From the human T2T-CHM13v2.0 reference genome, Homo sapiens: a DNA stretch of 64,000 nt. Below, piece by piece: positions 17,127 to 35,935 of the stretch. The notes beneath the pieces are model-generated. The model had not been told where the DNA came from. It saw nothing but the letters and a program-made list of their open reading frames with translations, and did no database searches. The stretch lies in the NCBI RefSeq assembly GCF_009914755.1, contig NC_060929.1; one strand, 5' to 3'. Within the stretch, counting starts at the first letter, position 1; the number at the start of each line of letters is the position of its first letter. A program made the position numbers and the translations under genes.

Positions 17127-18251
17127 TTTTCGTAGACAATCTAATCTCAGAAGATTTCAGTTCAGACAAAAATCATGATAATTACTGTATTACAAAAGGG
17201 CACTAGATAGGGGGGAAAGAGTAAAAATCACAATTAAAACAAAGGTTCAAAATTCTGCAGCAACCATATCCAGTCACACTTTAATATGTTTGCGGCAGAC
17301 TACATTATTGTTCCCAACTCATCACCCCTCCCTATATCTAAAACCTTTCCCCAAGACAATGCAGTTCCTCCTGCTAGAGATCAGGTATATTTATCTATAC
17401 TATCAATGTTAGCCATGGACAAGGTATGTGCTTTGGCTGACTGAATGTTAGTGGACATGAGAGAAGCAATGGCTTAAAATGTACTTCCAGAACTGGAGTT
17501 TCCTTGTGATTCTATCACTGTGACAGAAACACATTCTCAGGTAGTCCACTGATCCAAGGGGGAACAAACACACAGAAAACATACCTAGACTCTATCTGCA
17601 GCTTGCAGCCTCACCAAGCCAACAACAGTCAACTCACAGATATGTTAGCAAAAATAAATGTTTTTCGTACCTTAAGTTTTATATAATTATTGACCTGCAG
17701 TTAACTGATATACAATATACATTAATCTTAAAATATCATTATCCCATTAAAAATATTTACATTAAAAACTGAGACCACTTTCTTTCCTCCTTTTTTTTTT
17801 TTTTTTTTTTTAAATTAAGAGACAGGGTGTCTCAATGTTGCCCAAGCTGGAGTTCAGTGGCTAGTGGCTATTCACAAGAACGATCATCGCACACTACCTC
17901 AAACTCCTGGGATCAAGCAATCCTCCTGCCTCAGCTTTCCAAGTCGCTGGGACTATAAGTGTGTACCACAGCATGTCAGCTCTCTCTCTCCTTCTTGACC
18001 TAAAGCCTAGCATAAAATTAGCTAAGTAGAATGTTTCCAAAGATGGCTGCATCAGTATCTCCCATCCCACATAATTTCTGTTTGATTTTGCCATTCACCC
18101 ATAAAATGGTGGGATCTACCTCCCCTCCTTGCAAATTTGAGCTGGCCCTCTGATCCTGTCTAAGATCTGAAGCCAGATATTAAGGTACTTCATTAATTTC
18201 CATGTTTGTCCTCTATGCAACCTAGCAATCAAGCAAGAAGTCAAAACATAC

Positions 18252-20376
18252 TGACATAGTTTGGATGGGTCCCCACCCAAATCTCACCTTGCATTGTAAT
18301 AATTCCCACGTGTCAAGGGTGGGGCCGGGTGCAGATAACTGAATCATGGGGATGGTTCCCCCCATACTGTTCTCGCGGTAGTGACTAAGTCTCATGAGAT
18401 CTGATGGTTTTATAAATGGGAGCTCCCCTGCACATGCTCTCTCCTGCCTGCCACTATGTGAGACATGCTTTTGCACCTCCTTGCCTTCCACCATGATTGT
18501 GAGGCCTCCCCAGCCATGCAGAACTGTGAGTCAATTCAACCTCTTTCCTTTATAAATTACCCAGTCTCAGGTATGTCTTTATTTGCAGTGTGAGAACAGA
18601 CTAATACAATAAGTTGATACCAGTAGAGTGGGGTGCTGCTGTAAAGATACCCGAAAATGTGGAAGCAACTTTGGAAATGGGTAACAGGGAGAGGCTGGAA
18701 CAGTTTGGAAGGCTCAGAAGAGGATAGGAAAATGTGGGAAAGTTTGGAACTTCCTAGAGACTTGTTGAATGGCTTTGACCAAAATGTTAATAGTGATATG
18801 GACAACAAGGTCCAGGCGGAGGTGGTCTCAGAGGCAGATGAGGAATTTGTTGGGAAATGGAGTAAAGTCACTCTTACTATGCAAAGACACTGCAGGCATT
18901 GTGCACCTGTATTAGAAACGGGCATAAGATAGGCGGGAAAGAGGGAAAATAAGAATTTTTTTCTAGAGTTCCCTACAGATCTGTGGAACTTTGAACTTGA
19001 GAGAGATGATTTAAGGTATCTGACACAAGAAATTTCTAAGCAGCAAAGCATTCGAGAAGAAGCAGAGCATAAAAGTTCAGAAAATTTGTAGCCTGATGAT
19101 GCAACAGAAAAGAAAAATCTATTTTCTCAGGAGACTGGGTTGTAGAAATTTGCATAAGTAATGAGGAGCCAAATGTTAATCACCAAGACAATGGGGCAAA
19201 TGTCTCCAGGGCATGTTAGAGACCCTCACAGCAGACCCTCCCATCACAGGCCAGGAGGCTTAGAAGGAAAAATGGTTTTGTGGGTCCAGAACCCCCTGCT
19301 GTGTGCAGCCTAGGAACTTGGGGCCCTGCATCCCAGCTGCTCCTGCCATAGGTAAAAGGGGCCAAGGTACACCTCAGGCCATGGCTTCAGAGGGTGCAAG
19401 TTCCAAGCCTTTCAGGTTCTAGGTAGTGTTAAGCCTGCAGATGCACCGAAGTCAAGAATTAACGTTCATGAACCTCTGCCTACATTTCAGAAGATGTATG
19501 AAAACGCCTGGAAATCCAGGCAAAAGTTTGCTGTGGGGGGGAGGGGAGGGGAGGGGGGGCCCTCATGGATAACCTCTGCTAGGGCAGTGTCAAAGGGAAA
19601 TATGGGGTTGGAGCTCCCACACAGAGTCCCCACTGGGGTACTGCCAAGCAGAGCTGTGAGAAAAGGGCCACCATCCTCCAGACCCCAGAATGGTAGATCC
19701 ACTGACAGCTTGCACTGTGTGCCTGGAAAAGCTGCAGACACTCAATGCAGCCAGAAGGGGGGCTGTACCCTGCAAAGCCACAGGGGCGGGGCTGCCCAAG
19801 ACCCTGGGAACCCACTTCTTGCATCACCTAGATGTGACACATGGAGTCAAAGGAGGTCATTTTGGAGCTTTAAGATTTGCCTGCTGGGTTTTGGACTTGC
19901 ATGGGGCCTGTAGCTCTTTCGCTTTGGCCAATTTCTCCCATTTGAAACGAGTGTATTTACCCAATGCCTGTATCCCTGTGTATCTAGAAAATAACTAACT
20001 TGCTTTTGATTTTACAGGCTCATAGGTGGAAGGGACTTGCCTTGTCTCAGATGAGACTTTGGACTATGGAATTTTGAGTTAATGCTGAAATAAGAGTTTG
20101 GGGGACTTAGGGGAAGGCATGATTGCTTTTGAAATATGAGGACATGAGATTTGGGAGGGGCCGGGGAAGAATTATATGGTTTGGCTCTGTCCGCACCCAA
20201 ATCTCATCTTGAATTGTAACAATTCCCATGTGTCAAGGGTGGGGCCAGGTGGAGATAACTGAATCATGGAGGCAGTTTCCCCCATGCTGTTCTCATGGTA
20301 GTGAATAAGTCTCATGAGGTCTGATGGTTTTATAAATGGATGTTCCCCTGCACATGCTCTCTCCTGCCCACCATGT
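18252..20376 (+). mobile_element. THE1 (MaLR) provirus: 5' LTR 18252-18608, internal 18609-20171, truncated 3' LTR 20172-20376
   Basis: LTR tgacatagtttgg...ccccacccaaatctcaccttg...cagactaataca; THE1-int start ...gataccagtagagtggggtgctgctgtaaagatacccgaaaatgtggaagc; second LTR copy broken by an Alu. Confidence 0.92.
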
Positions 20377-20618
20377 CTGACTAAATTTTGTATTTTTACT
20401 AGAGACGGGCTTTCACTATGTTGGCCAGGCTGGCCTCCAACTCCTGATCTCGTGATCCGTCCACCCCGACCTCCCAAAGTGCTAGGATCATAGGCATAAG
20501 CCACCACACCCGGCCTCTTTTTTTTCTTTTTCTTTTTTTTATCTGGAGACTGAGTTTTGCACTCGTTGCCCAGGCTGGAGTGCAATGGTGCGATCTCAGC
20601 TCACTGCAGTCTCCACCT
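20377..20618 (-). mobile_element. Two antisense Alu fragments at the THE1 / POM121-like junction
   Basis: Left-arm piece 20377-20515 and T-tailed right-arm piece 20516-20618. Confidence 0.85.
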
Positions 20619-21467
20619 CAGCAGGAGAGCAGGAATCTTCAGTGATCCACGGGCAAATATGCAGCCATTGTGGGCACCTGTTCCTCCCGCGACCTTTGTG
20701 CCCACGTCTCTCCCTCCAGTACCTACTGCACGACCCCCCACGTCCGCCTCCTGCCATTGCCAGCAGGTGCCTTGCGCGGGTACCTGGCTGCGCTTATTCA
20801 TCCATTATGGTCGCTCTGTCACTGGTGCCATTATGTGCTCACATGCCCACTCCCTCAGGTTTAGAAGTCGCGTTGCCCGGCAACAGAACAATCTGCTGGC
20901 TTAGCCTTTGGCCAAGTTGGCAGCTGGACGAGGACGCTCAGAGCCCAGCTCTTGAGAGTTCAAGTATCCGACAGTTCCCCACTGCTCCCAGGAGCGGTTA
21001 CCCGGGCACTCTGTGCCCCTCATTCCTGTTTGGGCCAAGGCCGAGGACCTGCGAGTAGGGCTCAGTTGCCTGGAGCCCCTTCAGCCCATCCCCCAGTTCA
21101 CTTTGCTTGTGGGATCTCCCCGTTGCTCCTGCCCCTGGACTGAGTGGCAGGCCATCCTACAAACACCCGGACACTCGACATCACTGGTGTCAAGACAACT
21201 CTCAGAAGGTTTTCCGTGATCCTGCAAGACCTGTGTTCCATCCTGGTGATTCTGTCTTCAATTTCACTGCACAGGTACCACAGTAAGCCAGTGCTGTGTG
21301 CTCCGAGTTCCAGGGCATCCCCCAGCTCAGCCACTACACTGAGCACAAGGACTCTGTGGGGCCCAGGAGCAGGTAGTCACCCCTTTGGGGTCCACAACAC
21401 CCGGCTGTCCCCAGACTTGTGTCCAGGGAAGATAGTGTTGAGGGCCCTCAAGGAGAGCGGGGCAGGG

Positions 21468-24400
21468 ATGCCTGAGCAGGACAAGGACCCCAGAGTCCAA
21501 GAAAATCCTGATGATCAGAGAACGGTCCCCGAGGTCACCGGGGATGCACGGTCTGCATTTTGGCCCCTGCGGGACAATGGAGGCCCCTCTCCCTTTGTGC
21601 CCAGGCCCGGGCCTCTGCAGACAGACCACCACGCCCAGAGCTCAGAAATCAGATATAACCACACATCCCAGACATCCTGGACGAGCTCGAGCACCAAACG
21701 AAATGCCATCTCCAGCTCCTACAGCTCCACGGGAGGCTTGCCGGGGCTAAAGCAGAGGAGGGGGCCAGCCTCATCCCGCTGCCAGCTGACCCTCAGTTAC
21801 TCAAAGACAGTGAGTGAGGACAGGCCTCAGGCTGTCTCTTCGGGTCACACACGGTGTGAAAAGGGGGCAGATACAGCACCAGGGCAGACAATCGCCCCAA
21901 CGGGTGGCTCCCCCAGATCCCAGGACTCTAGGCCCCGTAGACGCAAGATTCCCCTGCTGCCACGCAGGCGAGGGGAGCCTTTGATGCTGCCACATCCCTT
22001 AGAGCTGGGGTACCGGGTCACGGCTGAAGACCTGCACCTGGAAAAAGAGAAGGCATTCCAGCGCATCAACAGTGCACTGCACGTTGAGGACAAGGCCATC
22101 TCGGACTGCAGACCCTCACGGCCTTCCCACACTTTGTCCTCACTTGCAACAGGGGCTTCGGGTGGGCCTCCCGTTTCTAAAGCACCCACTATGGATGCAC
22201 AGCAGGACAGACCCAAGTCCCAAGACTGCCTGGGCCTAGTGGCCCCCCTAGCATCTGCAGCAGAGGTCCCCGCTACAGCTCCCGTGTCTGGGAAAAAGCA
22301 CAGACCACCAGGACCCCTGTTCTCCTCCTCAGATCCCCTTTCGGCCAACTCTTCCCACTCCCGGGACTCAGCCCAGGTCACCTCGATGATTCCTGCCCCC
22401 TTCACAGCTGCAAGCAGGGATGCCGGCATGAGAAGAACAAGGTCGGCTCCTGCAGCTGCCGCAGCAGCCCCTCCCCCCTCCACATTGAACCCCACGTCGG
22501 GGTCACTACTCAATGCAGTGGATGGAGGCCCCTCACATTTCTTGGCCTCAGCCACAGCTGCAGCACGTGTCCAGAGGTCAGAAGTGAGATATAACCAGAG
22601 ATCCCAGACCTCCCGGACCAGATCGTGCCTCAAACGAAATGCCAGCTCCAGCTCCCACAGCTCTACGGAAGGCCTCCCGCAACTAAAGCGGAGGAGGGGG
22701 CCAGCCTCATCCCACTGCCAGCTGGCCCACAGTTCCTCAAACACAGTGAGTGAGGATGGACCTCAGGCTGTCTCTTCGGGTCACCGCTGTGAAAACAAGG
22801 CAGGTACAGCACCAGGGCAGACACTTGCCCCCAGGGGTGGCTCCCCCAGATCCCAGGCCTCTAGGCCCCACATCAACACTGCACTGTACGTTGAGGACAA
22901 GGCCATCTCGGACTGCAGACCCTCACGACCTTCCCACACTTTGTCCTCACTTGCAACAGGGGCTTCGGGTGGGCCTCCCGTTTCTAAAGCACCCACTATG
23001 GACGCACAGCAGGACAGACCCAAGTCCCAAGACTGCCTGGGCCTAGTGGCCCCCCTAGCATCTGCTGCAGAGGTCCCCTCTACAGCTCCCGTGTCTGGGA
23101 AGAAGCACAGACCACCAGGACCCCTGTTCTCCTCCTCAGATCCCCTTCCTGCCACCTCTTCCCACTCCCGGGACTCAGCCCAGGTCACCTCGCTGATTCC
23201 TGCCACCTTCACAGCTGCAAGCAGGGATGCCGGCATGAGAAGAACAAGGTCGGCTCCTGCAGCTGCCGCAGCAGCCCCTCCCCCCTCCACATTGAACAAC
23301 ACGTCGGGGTCACTACTCAATGCAGTGGATGGAGGCCCCTCACATTTCTTGGCCTCAGCCACAGCTGCAGCACGTGCCCAGAGGTCAGAAGTGAGATATA
23401 ACCAGAGATCCCAGACCTCCCGGACCAGATCCTGCCTCAAACGAAATGCCAGCTCCAGCTCCAGCTCCCACAGCTCTACGGAAGGCCTCCAGGAACTAAA
23501 GCGGAGGAGGGGGCCAGCCTCATCCCACTGCCAGCTGGCCCACAGTTCCCCAAACACAGTGAGTGAGGACGGACCTCAGGCTGTCTCTTCGGGTCACCGC
23601 TGTGAAAACAAGGCAGGTACAGCACCAAGGCACACACTCGCCCCCAGGGGAGGCTCCCCCAGATCCCAGGCCTCTAGGCCCCACATCAACAGTGCACTGC
23701 ACGTTGAGGACAAGGCCATCTCGGACTGCAGACCCTCACGGCCTTCCCACACTTTGTCCTCACTTGCAACAGGGGCTTCGGGTGGGCCTCCCGTTTCTAA
23801 AGCACCCACTATGGACGCACAGCAGGACAGACCCAAGTCCCAAGACTGCCTGGGCCTAGTGGCCCCCCTAGCATCTGCTGCAGAGGTCCCCTCTACAGCT
23901 CCCGTGTCTGGGAAGAAGCACAGACCACCAGGACCCCTGTTCTCCTCCTCAGATCCCCTTCCTGCCACCTCTTCCCACTCCCGGGACTCAGCCCAGGTCA
24001 CCTCGCTGATTCCTGCCACCTTCACAGCTGCAAGCAGGGATGCCGGCATGAGAAGAACAAGGCCTGGCACCTCGGCTCCTGCAGCTGCCGCAGCAGCCCC
24101 TCCCCCCTCCACATTGAACCCCACGTCGGGGTCGCTACTCAATGCAGTGGATGGAGGCCCCGCACATTTCTTGGCCTCAGCCACAGCTGCAGCACGTGTC
24201 GAGAGGTCAGAAGTGAGATATAACCAGAGATCCCAGACCTCCCGGACCAGATCGTGCCTCAAACGAAATGCCAGCTCCAGCTCCCACAGCTCTACGGAAG
24301 GCCTCCACGAAGTAAAGCGGAGGAGGGGGCCAGCCTCATCCCACTGCCAGCTGGCCCACAGTTCCTCAGTGAGTGAGGACGAACCTCAGGCTGTCTCTTC

Positions 24401-25781
24401 GGGTCACCCCTGTGAAAACAAGGCAGGTACAGCACCAGGGCAGACACTCGCCCCCAGGGGTGGCTCCCCCAGATCCCAGGCCTCTAGGCCCCGCATCAAC
24501 AGTGCACTGCACGTTGAGGACAAGGCCATCTCGGACTGCAGACCCTCACGGCCTTCCCACACTTTGTCCTCACTTGCAACAGGGGCTTCGGGTGGGCCTC
24601 CCGTTTCTAAAGCACCCACTATGCATGCACAGCAGCACAGACCCAAGTCCCAAGACTGCCTGGGCCTACTGGCCCCACTAGCATCTACTGCAGAGGTCCC
24701 CTCTACAGCTCCCGTGTCTGGGAAGAAGCACAGACCACCAGGACCCCTGTTCTCCTCCTCAGATCCCCTTCCTGCCACCTCTTACCACTCACGGGACTCA
24801 GCCCAGGTCACCTCGCTGATTCCCGCGCCCTTCACAGCTGCAAGCAGCGATGCCGGCATGAGAAGAACAAGGCCTGGCACCTCGGCTCCTGCAGCTGCAG
24901 CAGCAGCCCCTCCCCCCTCCACATTGAACCCCACGTCGGGGTCACTACTCAATGCAGTGGATGGAGGCCCCTCACATTTCTTGGCCTCAGCCACAGCTGC
25001 AGCACGTGTCCAGAGGTCAGAAGTGAGATATAACCAGAGATCCCAGACCTCCCGGACCAGATCCTGCCTCCAAGGAAATGCCAGCTCCAGCTCCCACAGC
25101 TCTACGGAAGGCCTCCCGCAACTAAAGCGGAGGAGGGGGCCAGCCTCATCCCACTGCCAGCTGGCCCACAGTTCCTCAAACACAGTGAGTGAGGACGGAC
25201 CTCAGGCTGTCTCTTCGGGTCACACCCGCTGTGAGAAGAAGGCAGGTACAGCACCAGGGCAGACACTTGCCCCCAGGGGTGGCTCCCCCAGATCCCAGGC
25301 CTCTAGGCCCCGCATCAACACTGCACTGCACGTTGAGGACAAGGCCATCTCGGACTGCAGACCCTCACGGCCTTCCCACACTTTGTCCTCACTTGCAACA
25401 GGGGCTTCGGGTGGGCCTCCCGTTTCTAAAGCACCCACTATGGATGCACAGCAGGACAGACCCAAGTCCCAAGACTGCCTGGGCCTACTGGCCCCCCTAG
25501 CATCTGCTGCAGAGGTCTCCTCTACAGCTCCCGTGTCTGGGAAGAAGCACAGACCACCAGGACCCCTGTTCTCCTCCTCAGATCCCCTTCCTGCCACCTC
25601 TTCCCACTCCGGGGACTCAGCCCAGGACACCTCGCTGATTCCTGCCCCCTTCACACCTGCAAGCAGGGATGCCGGCATCAGAAGAATGTTTCGTGTTCGA
25701 AATTGTTTGAGGGGTTTGGGTTTATTTTTGTTGGTTTTTTCTTTTTTTTTTTTGCTTACGTGGGCATCCTTCAGCTTTTAA
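21468..25781 (+). CDS. POM121L: Intronless POM121-like protein, copy B, 1437 aa from first ATG (frame open from 21144)
   Basis: Protein identical to copy A except G>R (APRHT) and S>T (RINTAL); POM121 similarity continues upstream of the ATG (RYHSKPVL, PDLCPGKIVLRALKE). Confidence 0.75.
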   Translation: MPEQDKDPRVQENPDDQRTVPEVTGDARSAFWPLRDNGGPSPFVPRPGPLQTDHHAQSSEIRYNHTSQTSWTSSSTKRNAISSSYSSTGGLPGLKQRRGPASSRCQLTLSYSKTVSEDRPQAVSSGHTRCEKGADTAPGQTIAPTGGSPRSQDSRPRRRKIPLLPRRRGEPLMLPHPLELGYRVTAEDLHLEKEKAFQRINSALHVEDKAISDCRPSRPSHTLSSLATGASGGPPVSKAPTMDAQQDRPKSQDCLGLVAPLASAAEVPATAPVSGKKHRPPGPLFSSSDPLSANSSHSRDSAQVTSMIPAPFTAASRDAGMRRTRSAPAAAAAAPPPSTLNPTSGSLLNAVDGGPSHFLASATAAARVQRSEVRYNQRSQTSRTRSCLKRNASSSSHSSTEGLPQLKRRRGPASSHCQLAHSSSNTVSEDGPQAVSSGHRCENKAGTAPGQTLAPRGGSPRSQASRPHINTALYVEDKAISDCRPSRPSHTLSSLATGASGGPPVSKAPTMDAQQDRPKSQDCLGLVAPLASAAEVPSTAPVSGKKHRPPGPLFSSSDPLPATSSHSRDSAQVTSLIPATFTAASRDAGMRRTRSAPAAAAAAPPPSTLNNTSGSLLNAVDGGPSHFLASATAAARAQRSEVRYNQRSQTSRTRSCLKRNASSSSSSHSSTEGLQELKRRRGPASSHCQLAHSSPNTVSEDGPQAVSSGHRCENKAGTAPRHTLAPRGGSPRSQASRPHINSALHVEDKAISDCRPSRPSHTLSSLATGASGGPPVSKAPTMDAQQDRPKSQDCLGLVAPLASAAEVPSTAPVSGKKHRPPGPLFSSSDPLPATSSHSRDSAQVTSLIPATFTAASRDAGMRRTRPGTSAPAAAAAAPPPSTLNPTSGSLLNAVDGGPAHFLASATAAARVERSEVRYNQRSQTSRTRSCLKRNASSSSHSSTEGLHEVKRRRGPASSHCQLAHSSSVSEDEPQAVSSGHPCENKAGTAPGQTLAPRGGSPRSQASRPRINSALHVEDKAISDCRPSRPSHTLSSLATGASGGPPVSKAPTMHAQQHRPKSQDCLGLLAPLASTAEVPSTAPVSGKKHRPPGPLFSSSDPLPATSYHSRDSAQVTSLIPAPFTAASSDAGMRRTRPGTSAPAAAAAAPPPSTLNPTSGSLLNAVDGGPSHFLASATAAARVQRSEVRYNQRSQTSRTRSCLQGNASSSSHSSTEGLPQLKRRRGPASSHCQLAHSSSNTVSEDGPQAVSSGHTRCEKKAGTAPGQTLAPRGGSPRSQASRPRINTALHVEDKAISDCRPSRPSHTLSSLATGASGGPPVSKAPTMDAQQDRPKSQDCLGLLAPLASAAEVSSTAPVSGKKHRPPGPLFSSSDPLPATSSHSGDSAQDTSLIPAPFTPASRDAGIRRMFRVRNCLRGLGLFLLVFSFFFLLTWASFSF
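21577..25687 (+). repeat. Coding ~810-bp tandem repeat inside POM121-like ORF B
   Basis: Same repeat structure as 276-4386, offset 21301. Confidence 0.97.
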
Positions 25782-27876
25782 TAATCTGAAAAATTCTATT
25801 TACCCATTGTCAATGTGTATAAATTAATCTCAGTCAATTTTATACAATAAAAGGTGAACTTTTATCCATCAAACAATAATTTAACAAAAAATGTACCGGA
25901 AGAAGAATGTTCATTACAAATATAGGAAACATAAATATTACCAAATATTGGCAAGCACTAAAATGTTCAGAAATATAAGTCTATTACAGTTATAGCTCTC
26001 TCAAGCAAAAAAACAGCAGAGAAAAACTTAGTTTTCCTGAGGGGCTATTTATTTACTTAGGGATTTGTTAAAAGGTCAAATGGGGTCACACAGAATACTA
26101 AGAAGAGCTGTTCACCCAGGCCTCACTAAGAACTCTTCTTCATGCAGTAGCTATATAGTAATATGACAACTGCTCCTACGACCCAAAGAGGAACTACAGC
26201 AACTACTCTTTAGCATCTGTTGCTCCCAACTCTGCTTTGCAATTATATGACTCAAGCATTCTGGCTCCGTTAACTATTACTGCTGTTACTCCCAAGTAAA
26301 TTCCCTCTAAAAAATAAAAATTTTTAAAGCTGTAATTTAAGCTCTCTGCTGCCTCATGACTTCAATTCCATCAGAGTTACGCATTGTTTCCTCTGTACAT
26401 CTTTGCTCTGCTTCCATTGCTAATTCCCTAGTAAAGTGTTGTATATTCAAAGTTCCAAAGAAACAGAATATCCAAGACATCACCAATCATCCAAAACACA
26501 GTGTAGGAGGCCACAGTTAAGAGAAGCAAGACCATTAGCTCTTTTTATAGGCTCGAGAACAACAGGATGCTTTGGTCCTGTATCAGCAGGACGCTTTTTG
26601 GGTAGATCCTACTGCCACCCTACTATCGGGTAGATCCTACTGTCACCCTAGCTATGGGCACATGTCAGAGTCCCATGTAATAAAGGAGACAAAAGGAAAC
26701 CACCACGAGTATAAACTAAGAAAAGTACTCCAAGGTTTCTAAGAATGGAGCTGTATAACTCACTTTGCCCCGTTTGTTACTTCTCCACGGTACTGACCAC
26801 CACCTATTACATATATTTTGTTTATAGTCAGTCTTCCCCCATTAGAATGAAAGTTCCGTGAGGATAGGACTATACAGTCAGCCCTCAGTATCCATGGGGG
26901 ACTGGTTTCAGGATCTCCTGAGGGTAACAAAGGATACTCAAGTCCCTGATATAAAATGACATAGTATTTGCACATCACCTTTGCACATCCTCCCATATAC
27001 TTCATATCAACTCTAGATCACTCATAATATCCGATGTAAATGTCATGCAAATAGTTATTGTACTATATTGTGTAAGGAATAAGGACAAGAAAAAAGTCTG
27101 TACATGTTCAGTACAGACGCAATTTTTTTTTCCAATATTTCCAATCCTTGGTTGCCTTAACGGATGTAGAACCCAGGAATAAGTTCTGGTGTCCTATTGC
27201 ATAGTAGGATGAGTATAGTTAACAATAACATATTATATATTTGAAAATAGCCAGAAGAGTAGATTTTGAATTTTCTCCCTACAGAAAAATCATTATGCAA
27301 ATTACCCTGATTTGATCATTACACATTGAGTACATGTATTAAAACATCACATTCTACCCCATATATATGTACAGTTATTATGTGTCCATAAAAATTTAAT
27401 GTCAATGTGTGAAATAAAATGAAAAAATAAAAATTTTTAAAGCTGTAATTATCTCCATCTGGTAGGAATATATACAATCTGAAATAAAAAATATATTTGT
27501 AATTGTTAGGACAAAATAGATTATACATTAAGTCTGCAAATTATAAATTATAAAATTCTCACAGAACCTGAAAAATTATTGATACTGTTAAATATTTAAA
27601 AAGCTGTCCTTGGAGAGAAAGAAACCTATCAGATTTACATCAACAAGTGTAATATGTCAGCCTATTACCATCTGCTACAGACTGCATGTTTGTGTTCCCT
27701 CAAAATTCATATGATAGGCCCGGCGCGGTGGCTCATGCCTGTAATCCCAGCACTTTGGGAGGCCGAGGCGGGTGGATCATGAGGTCAGGAGATCGAGATC
27801 ATCCTGGCTAACATGGTAAAACCCCGTCTCTACTGAAAATACAAAAAATTAGCCGGGCGCAGTGGCGGGCGCCTTA

Positions 27877-28077
<201 letters not shown>

Positions 28078-28262
28078 TTAGGAGAGAATTAGGTTTAGAT
28101 GAGGTCATGAGAATAGAGCCCCTATGGTGGCATTACTTCCTTTATAAGAAGAGACACTAGAGCTGCTTTTCTCCCTACCATGTGAGGATACCGAGAGAAG
28201 ATGGCCATTTCCAATCTAGGAAGCAGGCCCTCTTTAAGAAACATAATTTGCCAACACTTTGA

Positions 28263-28667
<405 letters not shown>

Positions 28668-28822
28668 TAAGATACCATCCTATAAGCTACAGACCAGCAC
28701 TATCCAATAGAACTTTATATGACGAGCAAATGTTTTATATCTGTGCTATCCCTTATGTTAGCCACTAGCCACATGTATCCATCAAGTATTTGAAATATGG
28801 CTAGTGCAACTAAAGAACTTAA

Positions 28823-28951
<129 letters not shown>

Positions 28952-29574
28952 TGAGTAGCTGGGACTGCAGGCGCCCGCCACCACGCCCGGCTAATTTTTT
29001 GTATTTTTAATAGAGATGGGGGTTCACCGTCTTAGTAAGGATGGTCTCGATCTCCTGACCTAATGATCTGCCCGCCTCGGCCTCCCAAAGTGCTGGGATT
29101 ACCGGCGTGACCCACCACGCCCGGCCAATTTTTATTTTATCTTATTTAAATAACCACATGTGGCTAGTGGCTAATGTATTGAACACTACAGCTGTAGACA
29201 ATACGAAATAAATATAAAGCAGTCTCAACTTTGGAAAAACAGAAGACTCTTACTGCCTCATAATATAGATGAAAAATGAAATACTAAGATAAGTAAAACG
29301 TTCTTTAAAGAACAAAAACAAAAGAAAACCTAATGAAAGCTATAAAAGTCCATTGGATAATAATGCTACCAGTACTAAGGAAGTACAGCCCCTAAGAGTG
29401 ACTTGCAGTCACAAATATAAAAATGACTATTCAACTGAACTCCTAAGGTGAAAATTTCTTATTCACCATGCTCCAAAATGGTCTGTAATATTCTTCAGAG
29501 ATGGCATGGTGGGGGAGGCAAGTGGCATCTCTGCCCAGAGAGAATACACAAGCAGAAAGTTCAACACCGCTTAC

Positions 29575-35458
<5,884 letters not shown>

Positions 35459-35904
35459 CTGCAGGAGGCAAGAGAGACCAGGGCTTAGGGAGGGACATGA
35501 CCTGGGTCACACAAACGGGAAGGCCCCACAATGACCACTCCCAGGCACTCTCATTTGCTTCTGTTGCTTTTTTTTTTTTTTTTTGAGATAGAATCTCGCT
35601 CTGTCACCCAGGCTGGAGTGCAGTGGCATGATCTGGACTCACTGAAACCTCTGCCTCCCAGGTTCAAGTGATTCTCCTGCCTCAGCCTCTGGAATAGCTG
35701 GGATTACAGGCACCTGCCACCACATCCAGCTAATTTTTGTATTGTTAGTAGAGACGGGGTTTCACCACATTAGCCAGGATGGTCTTGATCTCCTGACCTC
35801 GTGATCCGCCTGCCTCGGCCTCCCAAAGTGCTGGGATTACAGGCTTGAGCCACCGTGCCCGGCCCTGAACCAATGCGCCCAGCCCGCTTTTAATTTAATT
35901 TTTT

Positions 35905-35935
<31 letters not shown>

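Noticed and set aside
18557-19998. ORFs inside the THE1 internal region
   Set aside because: Degenerate MaLR internal sequence; ORFs are fragmentary and change between copies.
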